The notes beneath the pieces are model-generated. The model made no database searches and had not been told where the DNA came from. It saw nothing but the letters and a program-made list of their open reading frames with translations. From the human T2T-CHM13v2.0 reference genome, Homo sapiens, in NCBI RefSeq assembly GCF_009914755.1, contig NC_060932.1: DNA of 64,000 nucleotides, one strand, 5' to 3'. How positions within the stretch are numbered: the first letter of the stretch is position 1; each line of letters opens with the position of its first letter. Shown here one piece after another: positions 17,826 to 36,689 of this stretch. The position numbers were made by a program, and so were the translations under genes.

Positions 17826-18135
17826 GAAGGGTGCAGTGGCTCACGCCTGTAATCCCAGCACTTTGGGAGGCCAAGGCGGGCAGATCGCAAGGTCAGGAGA
17901 TCGAGACCATCCTGGCTAATGCGGTGAAACCCTGTCTCTACTAAAAATACAAAAAATTAGCCGGGCGTGGTGGCGGGCAGCTGTAGTCCCAGCTACTCGG
18001 GATGCTGAGGCAGGAGGATGGCGTGAACCCAGGAGGTGGAGCTGCAGTGAGCCGAGATCGCGCCACTGCACTCCAGCCTGGGCAACAGAGCAAGACTCCA
18101 TCTCAAAAAAATAATAATAATAAAATAAAAAATAT
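17826..18135 (+). mobile_element. AluY/Sc-like
   Basis: GAGATCGAGACCATCCTGGCTAA and GGCGTGAACCC diagnostics. Confidence 0.9.
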
Positions 18136-18520
18136 ATATATTTATCAAAGAAATGTAATTTATTATTAAAAACCTCCCCACATGAATTTCATTGCAATAA
18201 AAATTTAAAGAAGCAAAACAAACTCAAGGCCCCAGTGGCTTCTGGTTAATTTTATCAATCATTTTGGGAAAAATTATCTCAGTTCACACAAACTCTCAGA
18301 AAAATAGTGGTTGAGGAATCATTTACCAACTCAATTTATGAGGTCAACATTACTCTGCAAAGCCATGGAATTTACAAGAAAAGAAAGTGACAAACCTATA
18401 GTCCCTGTGAACCTGGATGTAAAAATTCTTAACAAAATAGTAGTAAATCTAATCTTGAAATATATAAAAAAAGATAAGACATTATGACCAAGTAGGGCTT
18501 GCTACAGAAATTTAAGATTA

Positions 18521-18931
<411 letters not shown>

Positions 18932-20109
18932 CTACGAACAGAAGGGAATTTTCTTAATCTGATAAAGGACATCCTTAACTCCTATCATATTTAATATTTT
19001 TAAAAACTGAATTATTTCCGCCTAAGATTAGGAATAAGACAAGGGCGTTCAGTTTCACCACTTCCATTCAATATTATGTCCTAGCAACTGCAATAATACA
19101 AGAAAAAGAAATAAATACATATTGAGAAGAAAGAAATAAAACTCTCTTTATTCATAGATAATATGATCACAAACACAGATTATCCTAAGGAATTTACAAA
19201 AAGCCATTCAAACTAAGGAATAATTTTAGGGAATTTACAGGAAATAAGGCCAATATGCAAAAATAAATTGTGTTTCTATACACTAGTTTGGACAACTGGA
19301 AATTGAAAATTTTTTAATGTAATTTATAACAACATCAAGTGTATAAAAGCATTAAATTATAAAATGGTATTAAAGTATATTAAATATTTAAAGAGAAATG
19401 TAACAAACTATGGACAAGACCTGTATACTGAAAACTACAAAACATTGCTGAGAGATGTTAAAATGAAAAAATAAACTTTGTTTTTGAATTGAATGACTCA
19501 ATATGGTTAAAAATGTCAATTATCCCCAAACTGATCCACAGAATCTACGTAATCTCAATCATAATCCCAATAGGATTTAGTGTAGAAATTGACAAATTTG
19601 CTCTAAAATTTAAGTAGAAATGCAAAAGAAGTAAAGTGACCAAAACAATCTTGAAAATGAAATGCTAAGTTAGAGGACTTGCACAATTGTATTTCAAGAT
19701 TTAATACAGGGCTACAGTAGTTAAGACAGTGTGATATTGGCATAGGCAAGGATAGATATGCAGATCAATGGAACAGAATGGAGTCTAGAAATAGACCCAA
19801 ACATACATAGTCAATTGATTTTTATAGATGTGCCAAAGCTATTGAATGGGAAAAGAAAAATCTTTTCAACAAATGGTGTTGGAGTAACTGAATATATGTG
19901 TGGAAAAATTGGGCCCTGGTTCCTATGTCACACCATGCACTAAAAATAATTCAAGATGGATCCTAGACCTAAATATAAAAGCTAAAATTTTAAAGTTTCC
20001 AGAAGAAAATATAGGAGAATATTTTTACAAACTTGGGTGGGCAGATTTCTTAGATAGGTACAAAAAAAGTATTAAACATCAAAGAAAAATTGATTAATAT
20101 TATGAAAAT

Positions 20110-20495
20110 TTATTTTTATTTATTTATTTTTTGGGACAGTGTCTCACTGTCACCCAGACTGGAGTGCAGTGGTGTGATCACAGCTCACTGCAGTCTCCAC
20201 CTCCCCAGGTTCAGGTGATCCTCCCACCTCAGTCTCCCGAGTAGCTGGGACCATAGGTGTGCACCACCATGACTGGCTAATTTTTGTGTTTGCTGAAGAG
20301 ACGGGGTTTCGCCATGTTGCCCAGGTTGGTCTCAAACTCCTGGGCTCAAGCAATCCACCCACCTGAGCATCCCAAAGTGCTAGGATTACAGGTATTTTTA
20401 CTTCTTTTTTGGTAGAGATGGGGGTCTCACTGTGTTGCCCATGCTGGTCTCAAACTCCTGGCCTCAAACAATTCTCCTGCCTTGGCCTCCCAACA
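20110..20495 (-). mobile_element. AluJ plus extra monomer
   Basis: Antisense dimer followed by a second left monomer. Confidence 0.85.
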
Positions 20496-20788
20496 TTATC
20501 AAAATTTAAAATTTTTAAATCTTGCTTATTGGAATAAACCATTAAGTAAATGAAAAGGCAACCGACTAAAAACTATCCACTCTTGTATCCAGAACATAAT
20601 AAAGAATTACAGATAATAAAAAGATCAGCAACCCAATAAATAAATGAGCAAGATTTGAATAAGAACTTCACAAAAGAAGACACAAATGGTCAATAAGCAC
20701 ATAAAAACATGGTCAACATCATTAGTCATCAGGGAGATGAAAAATGAAAAAACAAGGAGATTTCATTTCTTACCTATTAGAATAACTA

Positions 20789-21121
<333 letters not shown>

Positions 21122-21206
21122 CTAAATGCTGGCGAAGTTGTAGAATAACTGTAACTCTTAGACATTGCTCATGGGTGTAAAACGGTACAAATACTTGGCA
21201 AAGTAA

Positions 21207-21659
<453 letters not shown>

Positions 21660-22039
21660 TGAAAACAAGCTTAAATATTTAAACAAATGGTGACATATAT
21701 ACGACATGGTACTATTCAGCAATTTAAAAAAATGAACTATTGATACACAGGATAACATGAAAGCCAGGTACAAAGGGGTGCACAGTGCATGATTTCATCT
21801 ATATGAAGTTCAAGAACAGGCAAAACTAATCTATGGAGATGGAAGTTAGAGTTTGTGGAGTGGGCCTCAACTAGAAGGGGACTCATGGGAAACTGTGGGT
21901 GATGCGAGGTTCTATATCTCCACTGGAAGGTTGGTCACACATTTAAAAACTCGTTGAATTATACACTGAAGATTTGTGCATTTTATTATATGTGAGTATT
22001 AACTCAATTAGATAAGAGAAAATAAATAAGAGTACCACA

Positions 22040-22200
22040 GGTGAGGCTGGAATGGTGGGCAGGGACAGCAGTGCTAGTACACAAAGGGCCTGGTACACTG
22101 TGCTAAAGAGGCTGAACTTGGCTCTAAAAGCATTAGGGAGCTATTGAAGAGCAGGAAGTGGGATGGTGCTATAGGTGTGCATTTTAGAAAGGCTCCTGAG
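22040..22200 (-). mobile_element. L2 fragment
   Basis: gggcctggtacactgtgctaaagag...gggagctattgaag...tgcattttagaaag. Confidence 0.6.
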
Positions 22201-23819
22201 ATGCTTAATATGAAGGAAGAAATTGCCTTTCCTAGTATTCATTTTTTTATGTCAACATCATCAATAGAAATTTTGCGGTCCTTTTGTTGTTAAGCTTAGC
22301 ATAGCACACAAATGAGAACTTGCACTTTTCCTCTCTCATCATTTTATCCCAAGAGATCTCTTTTATTTCTTATGACCTTGTTTTATAGAAATCTGAATAA
22401 AAGATTAGAATCCCTATATCAAAACTGTTTTCATAAATGTATCCTGTAGGATGTGAAAATCAACCAGGAGACCCAGAATTTCATTTATTTATGGAATGGA
22501 TTAGACTCCAGGCTTCAGAATGAAAAGGCTTTGGCTTCAGAGATGTAGTTTCAGTTATAATCCGGGAATCTTAGAAAAAAATTGAGTCAGCATTAAAAAT
22601 GAAGATTTTATATAAAAAACACAGATTGCGGTAAGCTATGGCCTACCTTTTTCATTTTGTGGCACCCCCCTCTATCCTGCTTGGTCACTGTCTCCCACGT
22701 GGTTGTCATAAATGTTGGGTTTCTGGCCTTTGATGGACATGATGTCACCTGCAACAGTCTTCACAAAGTCTCCGAGAAGGTACTTTATTTTTGCTAGTGT
22801 TGGCTCTTTCATTTATAGTTGTAGAGAATCTAAATTAGAATGAAAGATATGAGGGAGCCCACAGGCCCCATATGTCTCACAGGGCATGTTTTGGTTAGGC
22901 CTGTTGTGTTTTATATGTATGGGACCAAGTTGAATTTCTGGAGTTATGTTGTGTTTCTTCCAAAATTTTCTGGAATCCCTCATTACTGTTCCACCTTTTC
23001 CTTTGATAATTCTGCAGAGGACAAGTCCACTGGGCCACAGGTCCTCAATGAGGTAGCTGTTTCTAGGAGGTTAAGCAAAATTTCTGGTTAAAATGAAACT
23101 CTTACGTCTGCTCACTCAGCTGTATCACTTCAAAGAGGAAAGCAAATAAAACCCAGCTTCCTGTCAGCTCCCGGCATTAAAGGATGACAAGCTACAGTTG
23201 CTTTCCATTTTGACTAGAAGCAAAACTACAGATGAATAACATCATAGATCAAGAAGCCAAACAAACTGAAGTAACCTCTTCATCAGCAGAAATCAAGTAG
23301 TTAAAGGCAGAGTGAAAACCTCCCACGCTGGTACCCTCTCAAATTCAAATGAGGGTAAGAAAAAAAAAAAAAGACAAAGAAAAGGAAGAGAAACTCTTTT
23401 CTGAACAATCAAATTATAACCCAATATTGAACCTAAACTACTAAAAGCTGCAAGCACTTTTCACCTAATTACATTGTGTGAGAAGAAACCACTAAAATTG
23501 TTCTCACTCACCATGGAAGTTTTTCCTCTTCTAAAGGTGAATTCTTTCTCCTCCTGCTACCTGAGGAAGGCCTTGGCTATTACAGACCACCCACATGGGG
23601 ACTTTCTCAGGTGCCTGCCCTGAGACAGTCATCACACTGTCTCGGCCTCTTCCCTTCTGATTTGGGCAGGACTTACTGACTCATTCATTTATTTACCATA
23701 TAGTTGTTTATTCACCATATAGTCATTTATTCATTCATTGTCTACTCTCTGTCCACCAATATTGATAGAGGACCATATGAAAACATTATATATACTTCTA
23801 AGGCTGTTGCTTTTGATGA

Positions 23820-24174
<355 letters not shown>

Positions 24175-24439
24175 ACTGGCTTGTGCATTTTTTCACAAGC
24201 ATTGTTTCACAAATTTCCAAGCCCCACTCCTACCCCTTAGCGCAAGGGCAGCAGCTTTTCATAAGAAGGCAGCCACGTGCTGACTCCTCTTCTTTTAGAA
24301 TATAAGTGGAGGGATGCCAAGAACAGCTGTGGAAATGTGCTGATGACAATTACATTAACTAGATCACCAATGACCATGAGCAAGTAACGCCTTCTACCCT
24401 CTGTCTCCTTACCTATAGAAGGAAGACTCTAGAGTAATT

Positions 24440-24620
24440 CAGCGGTTTCCCATGTGTGATCTGGCGGCTAAGAATTATTTGTGGGTGCTTTTAAAATATG
24501 TATGTATCTAGCCTCTACTCCTGAACTATTGAATCAGAATCTCTCAGGCTGAAGTCACTGAATCTGCTTTTAAAACGGGCACTCAAGGAGAGTCTTACGT
24601 TGCTGTAAAGTTGACAACCA
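24440..24620. mobile_element. MER5-like hAT relic
   Basis: cagcggtttccca...actattgaatcagaatctct...aaagttgacaacca. Confidence 0.6.
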
Positions 24621-25647
24621 TGACTAGACAATCTCCAAGGTTCTTTCCAGTTCCAAAGGTCATGACCAGTGGTCTGTCATGTAGAAGGGAGAGTGTCACT
24701 GAGAAGATGAGGTTTTTGATTGAGGTCAATGGATGATGGGGATAGGGAGATGATTTTAGATGACAGAGAACGTTTGAGGTTACTCAACTGAATACACACA
24801 GAAAAAAACACAGACCACTGTGATATCCACCCCTCAAAAGAATAAAAACATTATTTTGAAATAAATAACTCTAGTATGTTTTGTAATAGAGCAACCTACC
24901 AGAAATAACCATCTTAAAATGTGTGGTTGATAAATTAAGCTATAATTAGAAAGAAAATAAGAGAATAAATTCCAGATGCCTCTATTTCATGTAGGGCATA
25001 GTAGCATTGAGTTAAATAAGGGCTGTTCAACTTAAGTTAGAGATGACAAGTGTTTGCCGCAGAATGGAGTAAATATTTTTGGTAGAATGCCTTTAATCAT
25101 CATTCTGGTGATGGATTATACTTCATTTGTGATAGAAGGAAAACAAACTGAAGAATCATAGCATAACTGAGGAAACATAACATTTTGATTCATAGTTAAT
25201 GGTGATTGGGAACGGTCATTTATTCAGCTCTTTTAAGAGAGCTGCTGAAATAAAAAGCATATTTCTGGGTCAGAAAAATCACAGAAAAAAAAACATTTTA
25301 AATCCAATAAATCCTCTCACTAGCGAACCAACTTCTCTAGATTGGAAGCAGCCGTACACACTCATTGGGATTTTCAGATTCTCCCAGGAATACAATTAAT
25401 TATTAAAGGAGCCACTAACTGGGTTAGATGATGCCCTCAAAACAGATACAGTCAATTCTTGCCATGTCAACACTTTAGGCCTATTTTCTCTCCCTCTGAC
25501 CTAAAAATTAATTTTGAAATTACATGTGCCCTTACAAGTTTGTGATGGCCCTCTGGAGGAGTCTAACATTATTAAATTTGCAAACTTGTGGGTCTCTTAG
25601 AGCTCTAAGCACATCTTGACACTGGAGGTCATGTAATTATTGTCTAG

Positions 25648-26020
<373 letters not shown>

Positions 26021-26059
26021 GTTGCATGGTACTTTTGTAAATGCTGTGCCTGAGATTTA

Positions 26060-26568
<509 letters not shown>

Positions 26569-27064
26569 TTATATTGTCCAGAAAAGTCACACACAGCCCA
26601 GATTTCAAACAGTTTGTTCCATTGACTGCTTAGGAACACTCCTGCGTATAGCACCATTTTACAAAAAGGAATATAAGCTTCGTTTCAATCTTTTAAAACT
26701 TAGCTTTAGACAACTCCCTCTGTTGCCTCTTTGAATAAGCTATTCTACATTTCTGCCATGTTCTTCAATCCCTGCCCCCTTTGGATCAGCAGCTATCCTC
26801 ATTTTGCTGAAAAAAGACATTGAGAGCATTAATTAAATATGAACACTTGAAAAACATTTTGTTCACTTTTCGTCTTCTTGCTTACAAACTTACCTACAGC
26901 CCCACTATCCTTTTCTTTGTTGTCAGATCAACAGATATTCCTCCTACTGTGTATAGTCTTTGGAAATAATGTCCTTAAATATTTACACAGTAATATTACA
27001 CACCCGTAGAAAAAGAAGAAACTCAGACAGTATAGGCAAGTGAGAAATGACTTTAAAAAAATAA

Positions 27065-27180
27065 AAATGAGGTCTTGCTATGTTGGTCAAGCTGGTCTCA
27101 AACTCCTGGCTTCAAGTGATCCTCCTGCCTCAGCCTCCCAAACTGTTGGGATTATAGGTGTAAGCCACTGTGCCTGGCCA
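27065..27180 (-). mobile_element. FLAM monomer
   Basis: TSD AGAAATGACTTTAA. Confidence 0.85.
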
Positions 27181-27262
27181 AGAAATGACTTTAATTTTCT
27201 TACTCTACGTGGCTCCAATCAATCTTACCCTTTCACTTATTATCACTTACTACTCTTGCCTC

Positions 27263-27548
27263 TTTTTTTTTTGAGACAGAGTCTCGCTTTGTCACACAGG
27301 CCAGAGTGCAGTGGCATGGTCTCGGCTCACCAAAATCTCTGCCTCCCGGGTTCAAGCAATTCTCCTGTCTCAGCCTCCCGAGCAGCTGTGACTACAGCCA
27401 CACGCCACCAGCTAATTTTGGTACTTTTGGTAGAGACCGGGTTTCACCATATTGGTTAGACTGGTCTCGAACTCCAGACCTCAGGTGATCCACCCACCTC
27501 GGCCTCCCAAAGTGCTGGGATTACAGATGTGAGGCACTGCGCCCAGCC
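27263..27548 (-). mobile_element. AluS
   Basis: TSD CTTGCCTCTT. Confidence 0.95.
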
Positions 27549-27559
27549 GTACACTTGCC

Positions 27560-28945
27560 TCTTAAATCCACATCTTCACCCTAGACTGCTCTCCTGAGTT
27601 CCAGACCAACACAGCCCCCTGACTGCAGACTTCCCCATGTGGATGTCCCATAGATAACCTCAATTCACCATCTCCTTTATTGCAGCTTTTATCTTTTCTC
27701 CAAAATTTATTCTTTCTTCCATAATTATCTCTTTAGTGGAGTCACAATCAAAGCCAAAAGAATGAAAAGTCATCCCTGATCCTGCCTGCTCATCACTTCT
27801 TCATGGACTGAATGACCTAGACCTGTCAATTACATCACTATTCATGAATGCTTTCCCCATCTCCTCACACCATCATTATATTCTACCTGGATGAGGGCAG
27901 TGTTCTCCCAGGGTGTCTTCTTGCATCCTGTCGGGCCCACCCTGCTATCTCTCCTCCTTATTACACACTCAGATGCTCAGTTACTTCCCATGAGTCTCTC
28001 TCCTTAAAATTCTTCTCTAGATCCCTATCCTAGTTAACAGCATAATGTCGCAATTCATTCTAACAAAGTCCCTAATTATTTGACCCTGTCTGTTTTTTCC
28101 CATCACTGTCCTACTATTCATCCCTTCATTCAAACAACTGTGAGCTTCATTTCCAGAATGTGCCGGTCTCATCCTCTCTCTAGGATGTTATGCATTCCTT
28201 CCCTTTGTCAGAAATGTCTTCACCTCCCTTTGTTCACCTGGTGAACTCATGCTTATCCTCAATTCTAATTTCTTCCCTTCTAGGTATCCTTCCCTGACAT
28301 CCATGGGCACAGTTAAGTCCACCTTAGTGGACTTAGTGGACTTAGTGCTCTCCTAGTACCTGTATATCAACCTCCTTTTCACATTCTCTGTGCAGCCACA
28401 ACAGAATTTTGTCAGTTCCTCAGATGTGCTAAACTCTGCATTGTTCCTGGGCCTCTCCACACACTATTGCCTCTACTTGAAACTTTCCTTCCCCCATCCT
28501 TCTTTCTCTCACTGGTTAACTGCTACCTGTCCTTCAGATCTCAGCTTACACATCACTTCCTTTACAAGAGGTTCTTGATCATATGCTAAAGTCCCCTTTC
28601 TTTAAAAACTCATAGATCTCCACACTTCTTCTATTGCAACCCTGTATTATTGTTACTACTTGGGTAATTATCTGTCTCTCCCAAGAGACTATAAACTCTT
28701 CGTGGTTGGAGACTAGCTCTTTTTCCCTGCCGTATCTAACACATTATCACAGTGCCGGCACCCAATAAATACTCAACAAATATTTCTCAAATAAATAAAT
28801 GGATTATACTACCTACCTACCACAGCTCTGTAATAATTTGTTGTCTATAACTCTCTATAACAAGGACTGTTCTATTCACAGTTGCATGACTAGCATGTCT
28901 GTACCAGTAGGCAGTTAATAAATGTAAATGAAATGAATGAGCTGC
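27560..28945 (+). mobile_element. L2 (degraded, 3' half; possibly several pieces)
   Basis: ctctcctgagttccagacc...ggatgtccca...cacagtgccggcacccaataaatactcaacaaatattt; TGAATGA end. Confidence 0.7.
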
Positions 28946-29157
28946 AATCAGCAAATCAGAGCAGCTGGATTTTTGTATTGAGTTGGTGTGGGCAGTCCTC
29001 AGTTTACCTGCCTAGGAACTTAGACCCACAGATAATAGAGACATGTTATCATCAATAGATTCACCCATCTTCCATCAGAAATGCAAACAAGAACCTAAAT
29101 CACCTCACGTTTCCCCTCCTATTTTTCAAACATTATGAGAGTGGATATTAAATTTTT

Positions 29158-29483
<326 letters not shown>

Positions 29484-29535
29484 TCAGTCTCTGTCCAAAA
29501 AGGAGCGGGCAGAGAATGTGCTTTAAAAGAGTATT

Positions 29536-32058
<2,523 letters not shown>

Positions 32059-32279
32059 CTAACTATATCATGATCACTCCATGAAGTAGTGTGATTATGC
32101 TCATTTTCACAGATTAGGGAAACGTTCAGTTGGTTGGGAAGCCTGATGAAGGCAGATTGGTCCTCATCCATTTTCCACTGTACCATACTACCTAGACACA
32201 AAAGATGCCTTGTTAATTTACTTCTAAATTCTCTTTTGTGTTGTTCTTCCTACACTTATTTATTATTCACCCAAATTAG

Positions 32280-32500
32280 CTAACTTTATTCAGAGCCTAA
32301 TATGCGTAAGGTACTAAATCTGGGTGCTTTAGATATATTAATCTTCAAAAAATTGCATGAGCTTAGTTAGTATTGTCCCCTTATTAAAGATGTTGATACT
32401 AAGTCTTAGAGTGGTTTGGAATAAGGTCCATATACAACAGGATGAGAATTCAAAACTTTGTTTGTGTGATTATGAAGCCCCTGGTCTTTCTACCATATTT
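32280..32500 (-). mobile_element. MIR (degraded)
   Basis: taactttattcagagcctaatatg...tattgtccccttatt...gtctttctacca. Confidence 0.5.
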
Positions 32501-33069
32501 TGATCTAGCTAAATGAGGACAAAACTTCAGATAATCCACCCCAAATGTCTGAATCTCGCCCCTACCTTGGAAGGGCAGGAAAGGTTTTGGTAGGGGGAAA
32601 TCCATTGGCTGACACCGTTGACCTCTTCAACTTACTGCATAGTAATAAGCCCTTAGCCCTTAGGGCAGGGAAAGGAAGAATGGAATTGAGAAGTTTTGTG
32701 CAAATCATTTTGCACAGAACAAATGGGAAAGTGAGTTAAATTGCCAAGTACTAGACAAATGATGATGTAAAGTGCTTAATGACAAATAAATATTAATTAG
32801 TATTGAACAGTAAGTGAAAAACGAATGATCCTCAGAATGATATAAACAAAAACATTCGCATTGACAGGCAAAACATAATAAACTATTGCTTCTCAATGCA
32901 GAATATGCCTAACAGGCTCTAAATTCTTTAGCAAGTTTAATATACAGGAAGAAGTAGCATTTCCATGTGTTAAACTGCTGCTTTTCAAAATTAATTTAAA
33001 AGCATTTTGGAATTAATGAAATTTTTCAAATTTTTCCATGACTTCCACTTCTAGAGAGGCCATCTAAAG

Positions 33070-33434
<365 letters not shown>

Positions 33435-33462
33435 TGAAAATTGTCACAAAAATGTTTAAGGG

Positions 33463-33600
33463 TGGCCAGGCGCAGAGGAGGCTGAGACAGGAGAATTGCT
33501 TGAACCCAGGAGGTGGAGATTGTAGTGAGCCGAGATCACACCACTGCACTCCAGCCTAGCCAAAAGAGCTAGACTCTGTCTCAAAAAAAAAAAAAAGAAG
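33463..33600 (+). mobile_element. Alu with large internal deletion
   Basis: GGCCAGGCGC joined directly to right-arm GGAGGCTGAG. Confidence 0.85.
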
Positions 33601-33812
33601 GAGAAGAAACAAAAATATTTTGGTGTGTCTGCATGTTGTGATCATGTAATTGACAATTACAAAATTCCAGCTAACAAGTACCATTACAATAATGTGAAAA
33701 TTACTAAAGCAATCATCAATATCATTCCAAGAACTACACTGTTCAGGTATTTTCCCATAATTTGTAATAAAGGAATTTACTTTTCCTAGGATAATTAAGA
33801 AAACATTCATGT

Positions 33813-33975
33813 GGGCCAGGCATGGTGTCTCACTCCTATAATCCCAGCACTTTGGGAGGCCAAGGTCGGAGGGTAGCTTGAGCCCAGTAGTTTGAGGCTA
33901 TAGTGAGCTATGATGGCACCACTGCACTCCAGCCTGGGTGACAGAGCAAGACCTCATCTCTAAAAAAGAAAAGAA
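33813..33975 (+). mobile_element. Alu monomer (FRAM-like or deleted AluJ)
   Basis: Single monomer with tail. Confidence 0.85.
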
Positions 33976-34949
33976 TGAACAGAATATTCACATAATATTC
34001 TAAAGACTTTCTTTGGTTTTGTAAAATATTAATTAACATATACCTAAGAATAACAGTGGCCCTTTAAAAACAGTTTTTCCAAACCTGACTAGTTGGTCTA
34101 ATAAGAAAGAGTATAATTAAAGGAATAACAAGGTAAAATCTTTGAAATTGGGACTGTCGCAGAAAATCTTGGATGTGTGGTGACCATGACAATCATTTCG
34201 CATTTTTCACTTCTCACTTTCCTTTAGTGCAATTCCTAAATGCTGGCGATGCAGTGTTCTGAATTTAAAATGATCATAGTAAGTCATCAAAATCTGCTCT
34301 GTGTCCAAAAAAGAATTAAGTCATGCAGCAAACGCCTTATGGTGTCTTTTGAGTGCTCATGCATCAGTAGACTCCGTTGCCCTGAGAAATTTCTTGGAGA
34401 GGAGGAAGGAATGGATTCATATTTGCTTCTTAGGAGATTCACAATGTGCATCTTCTACTTTTGCATTCATTTCCAGTTGCTCAATCAATGATTCTGCTTC
34501 ATTCACAAGAATCTGAGAGTTAGAAAATCAGAAAAGATGAATCTATAAGCTGTTTGCTGCCACTTACTGGATAACCACTCTTCTTGCCTGAACAAATGGA
34601 GAAGAATTTAACTGCTTCCTGGCAGTCATATACATGAACTTTCAAATTCTTACCAATATCAGAAAAATACTAGAGGCAAAGTTAATATCAAAATTACTTC
34701 CTGAATCTGTTACATTTTCTCAGTAAAATATAAACTCCCTCCTGCTATTTATTTTATTTTTATTTTATGCCCAGGAAAAGGAAAGGATAGTCTATATCCA
34801 GAACAAGAACATCTAAAACAGAATTTCTGGGAAAATGGGGATAAGGGGCAGAATATCATAAGGAGTGAGTAAGGGACTAAGAAGAACATTACATAGTTCA
34901 TTGTAACTCACAGAGTGTTTCAATAGCATAAAGCTTCAAAATGGGAAGC

Positions 34950-35500
34950 TTTCCTTAGAATAAATGGCATCTGTTGCCTCCACAAATGTTTGCACAGTTT
35001 ATTTGCTTTGGTGCAGGATATTCTGTTTGGGGACACTGTAGGAACTGCTAGTGCATGTCATCTTCCCCTATTCATTTAGTACCACAAACCCATTAGAAAG
35101 AAGCCGCTGAACGCTTCACAGTTAAACAGGTGTCTAATCTTTTTAATACTACATTTTTTGCCCTGTATTGTTTCTCAGCTGTTACGAAGTTTGCATGTGC
35201 AGCAACAGCAGCTCATCCAAATATCCCTTTACTTAGGGGTGATTTGGTGATTTAGCCTTTTGTGGAAGCCTGTGTAAATGTAGTTACAATGCTTATAGTT
35301 CTAATCCCAAGTAAAGTTTTATTAAAAAAAAAATTTATCAGTACTATCACATTGGGGATTAAGTTTTAAAAATTATCGGAAAAATATAATTGGATTAAAT
35401 CAGTCCTCACCTGACATAATTTTATATATCTGAGCTGGAATCAGCTTTAAAAGCAATTAATAATCATTAAATAATGAGGTAGGCTTATAGTTTTTCCTGT
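34950..35500. promoter_or_regulatory. Candidate developmental enhancer (K50 homeodomain site cluster)
   Basis: TAATCC at 35302, GGATTA at 35356 and 35392, TAATCT at 35135, in repeat-free DNA. Confidence 0.3.
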
Positions 35501-35535
35501 AAAATACAGGATGATGTTTTACAAGGTGAAAGGTG

Positions 35536-35616
35536 GAGATTGATTTGAGTAATAACTCCATCTCCTCCCATGTCGCATGGCAATTAAACTCAAGTTTCAA
35601 AAATAAATAAATAAAT
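35536..35616 (+). pseudogene. Short retroposed LTR-like 3' end with ATTAAA and A-tail
   Basis: TSD AAGGTGA(A/C)AGGTG at 35523-35535 and 35920-35932; ATTAAA at 35583. Confidence 0.6.
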
Positions 35617-35919
35617 AGTGGCTCACGCCTGTAATCCCAGCACTTTGGGAGGCCTAGGCGGGTGGATCACCTGAGGTCAGGAGTTCGAGACCAGCCTGGC
35701 CGACATGGCGAAACCCCGTCTCTACTAAAAATACAAAAATCAGCTGGGCGTGGTGGCACACACCTGTAATCCTAGCTACTCGGGAGGCTGAGGCAGGAGA
35801 ATCGCTGAACCCAGGAGGCAGAGGTTGCAGTGAGCTGAAATCGTGCCATCGCACTCCAGGCTGGCCAACAAGAGCAAGACTCTGTATTAAAAAATGAAAA
35901 ATAAATAAAAAATAAATAA
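35617..35919 (+). mobile_element. AluS
   Basis: Dimer lacking the first ~10 nt. Confidence 0.95.
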
Positions 35920-35959
35920 AAGGTGACAGGTGACCAGTGATGGTGACAGTGATGGCAGT

Positions 35960-36160
35960 GAACATCATGGGCACTTTGCATGTCATTGCATTTACTGTGT
36001 ACCATGTGAGTAGGTAGAACTATCTCATTTTTGAGATAAAGAAACTGACATTCCACAAGGCTGAGTTACTTGTTGCAGGGAGCACAACTAAGGAGAGTAG
36101 AGCTGGAACTCTTACTGATGTTTTCAGACAACAGAGCACACCTCTTAACCACTATGTCCT
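35960..36160 (-). mobile_element. MIR
   Basis: gtaggtagaactatctcatttttgagataaagaaactga...ctcttaaccactatg. Confidence 0.7.
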
Positions 36161-36219
36161 CCTGCTTCTCCAGTTAACCCAGAGAAGTGAAGTATTTGTT
36201 GATACTAAAATTAATTTTA

Positions 36220-36525
<306 letters not shown>

Positions 36526-36689
36526 AAAATATTATTAGTTTATATTATTTTTCAGATATGTATAGAAAAAGTATCTATATCTGCAGGCTGGACCTATCTT
36601 GGAGGATTCCAACTCTCAAATGGCTGTCTTCCCACTCACAATCAGCAAACTTAATACATCCTAAGCACACTTTGCACCTGCCCTCAAGT

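Noticed and set aside
22450-22630. Plus-strand exon-like segment (TGTAG acceptor, GCG/GTAAGC donor) containing a TGAGTCAGCA Maf/NFE2-type motif
   Set aside because: Weak pyrimidine tract, early stop codon, no partner exons; a single motif is not enough
28322-28347. CTTAGTGGA near-triplication; similar short duplications near 7708, 15713, 23695 and 60328
   Set aside because: Ordinary slippage duplications, no array or spacer structure (not CRISPR-like)
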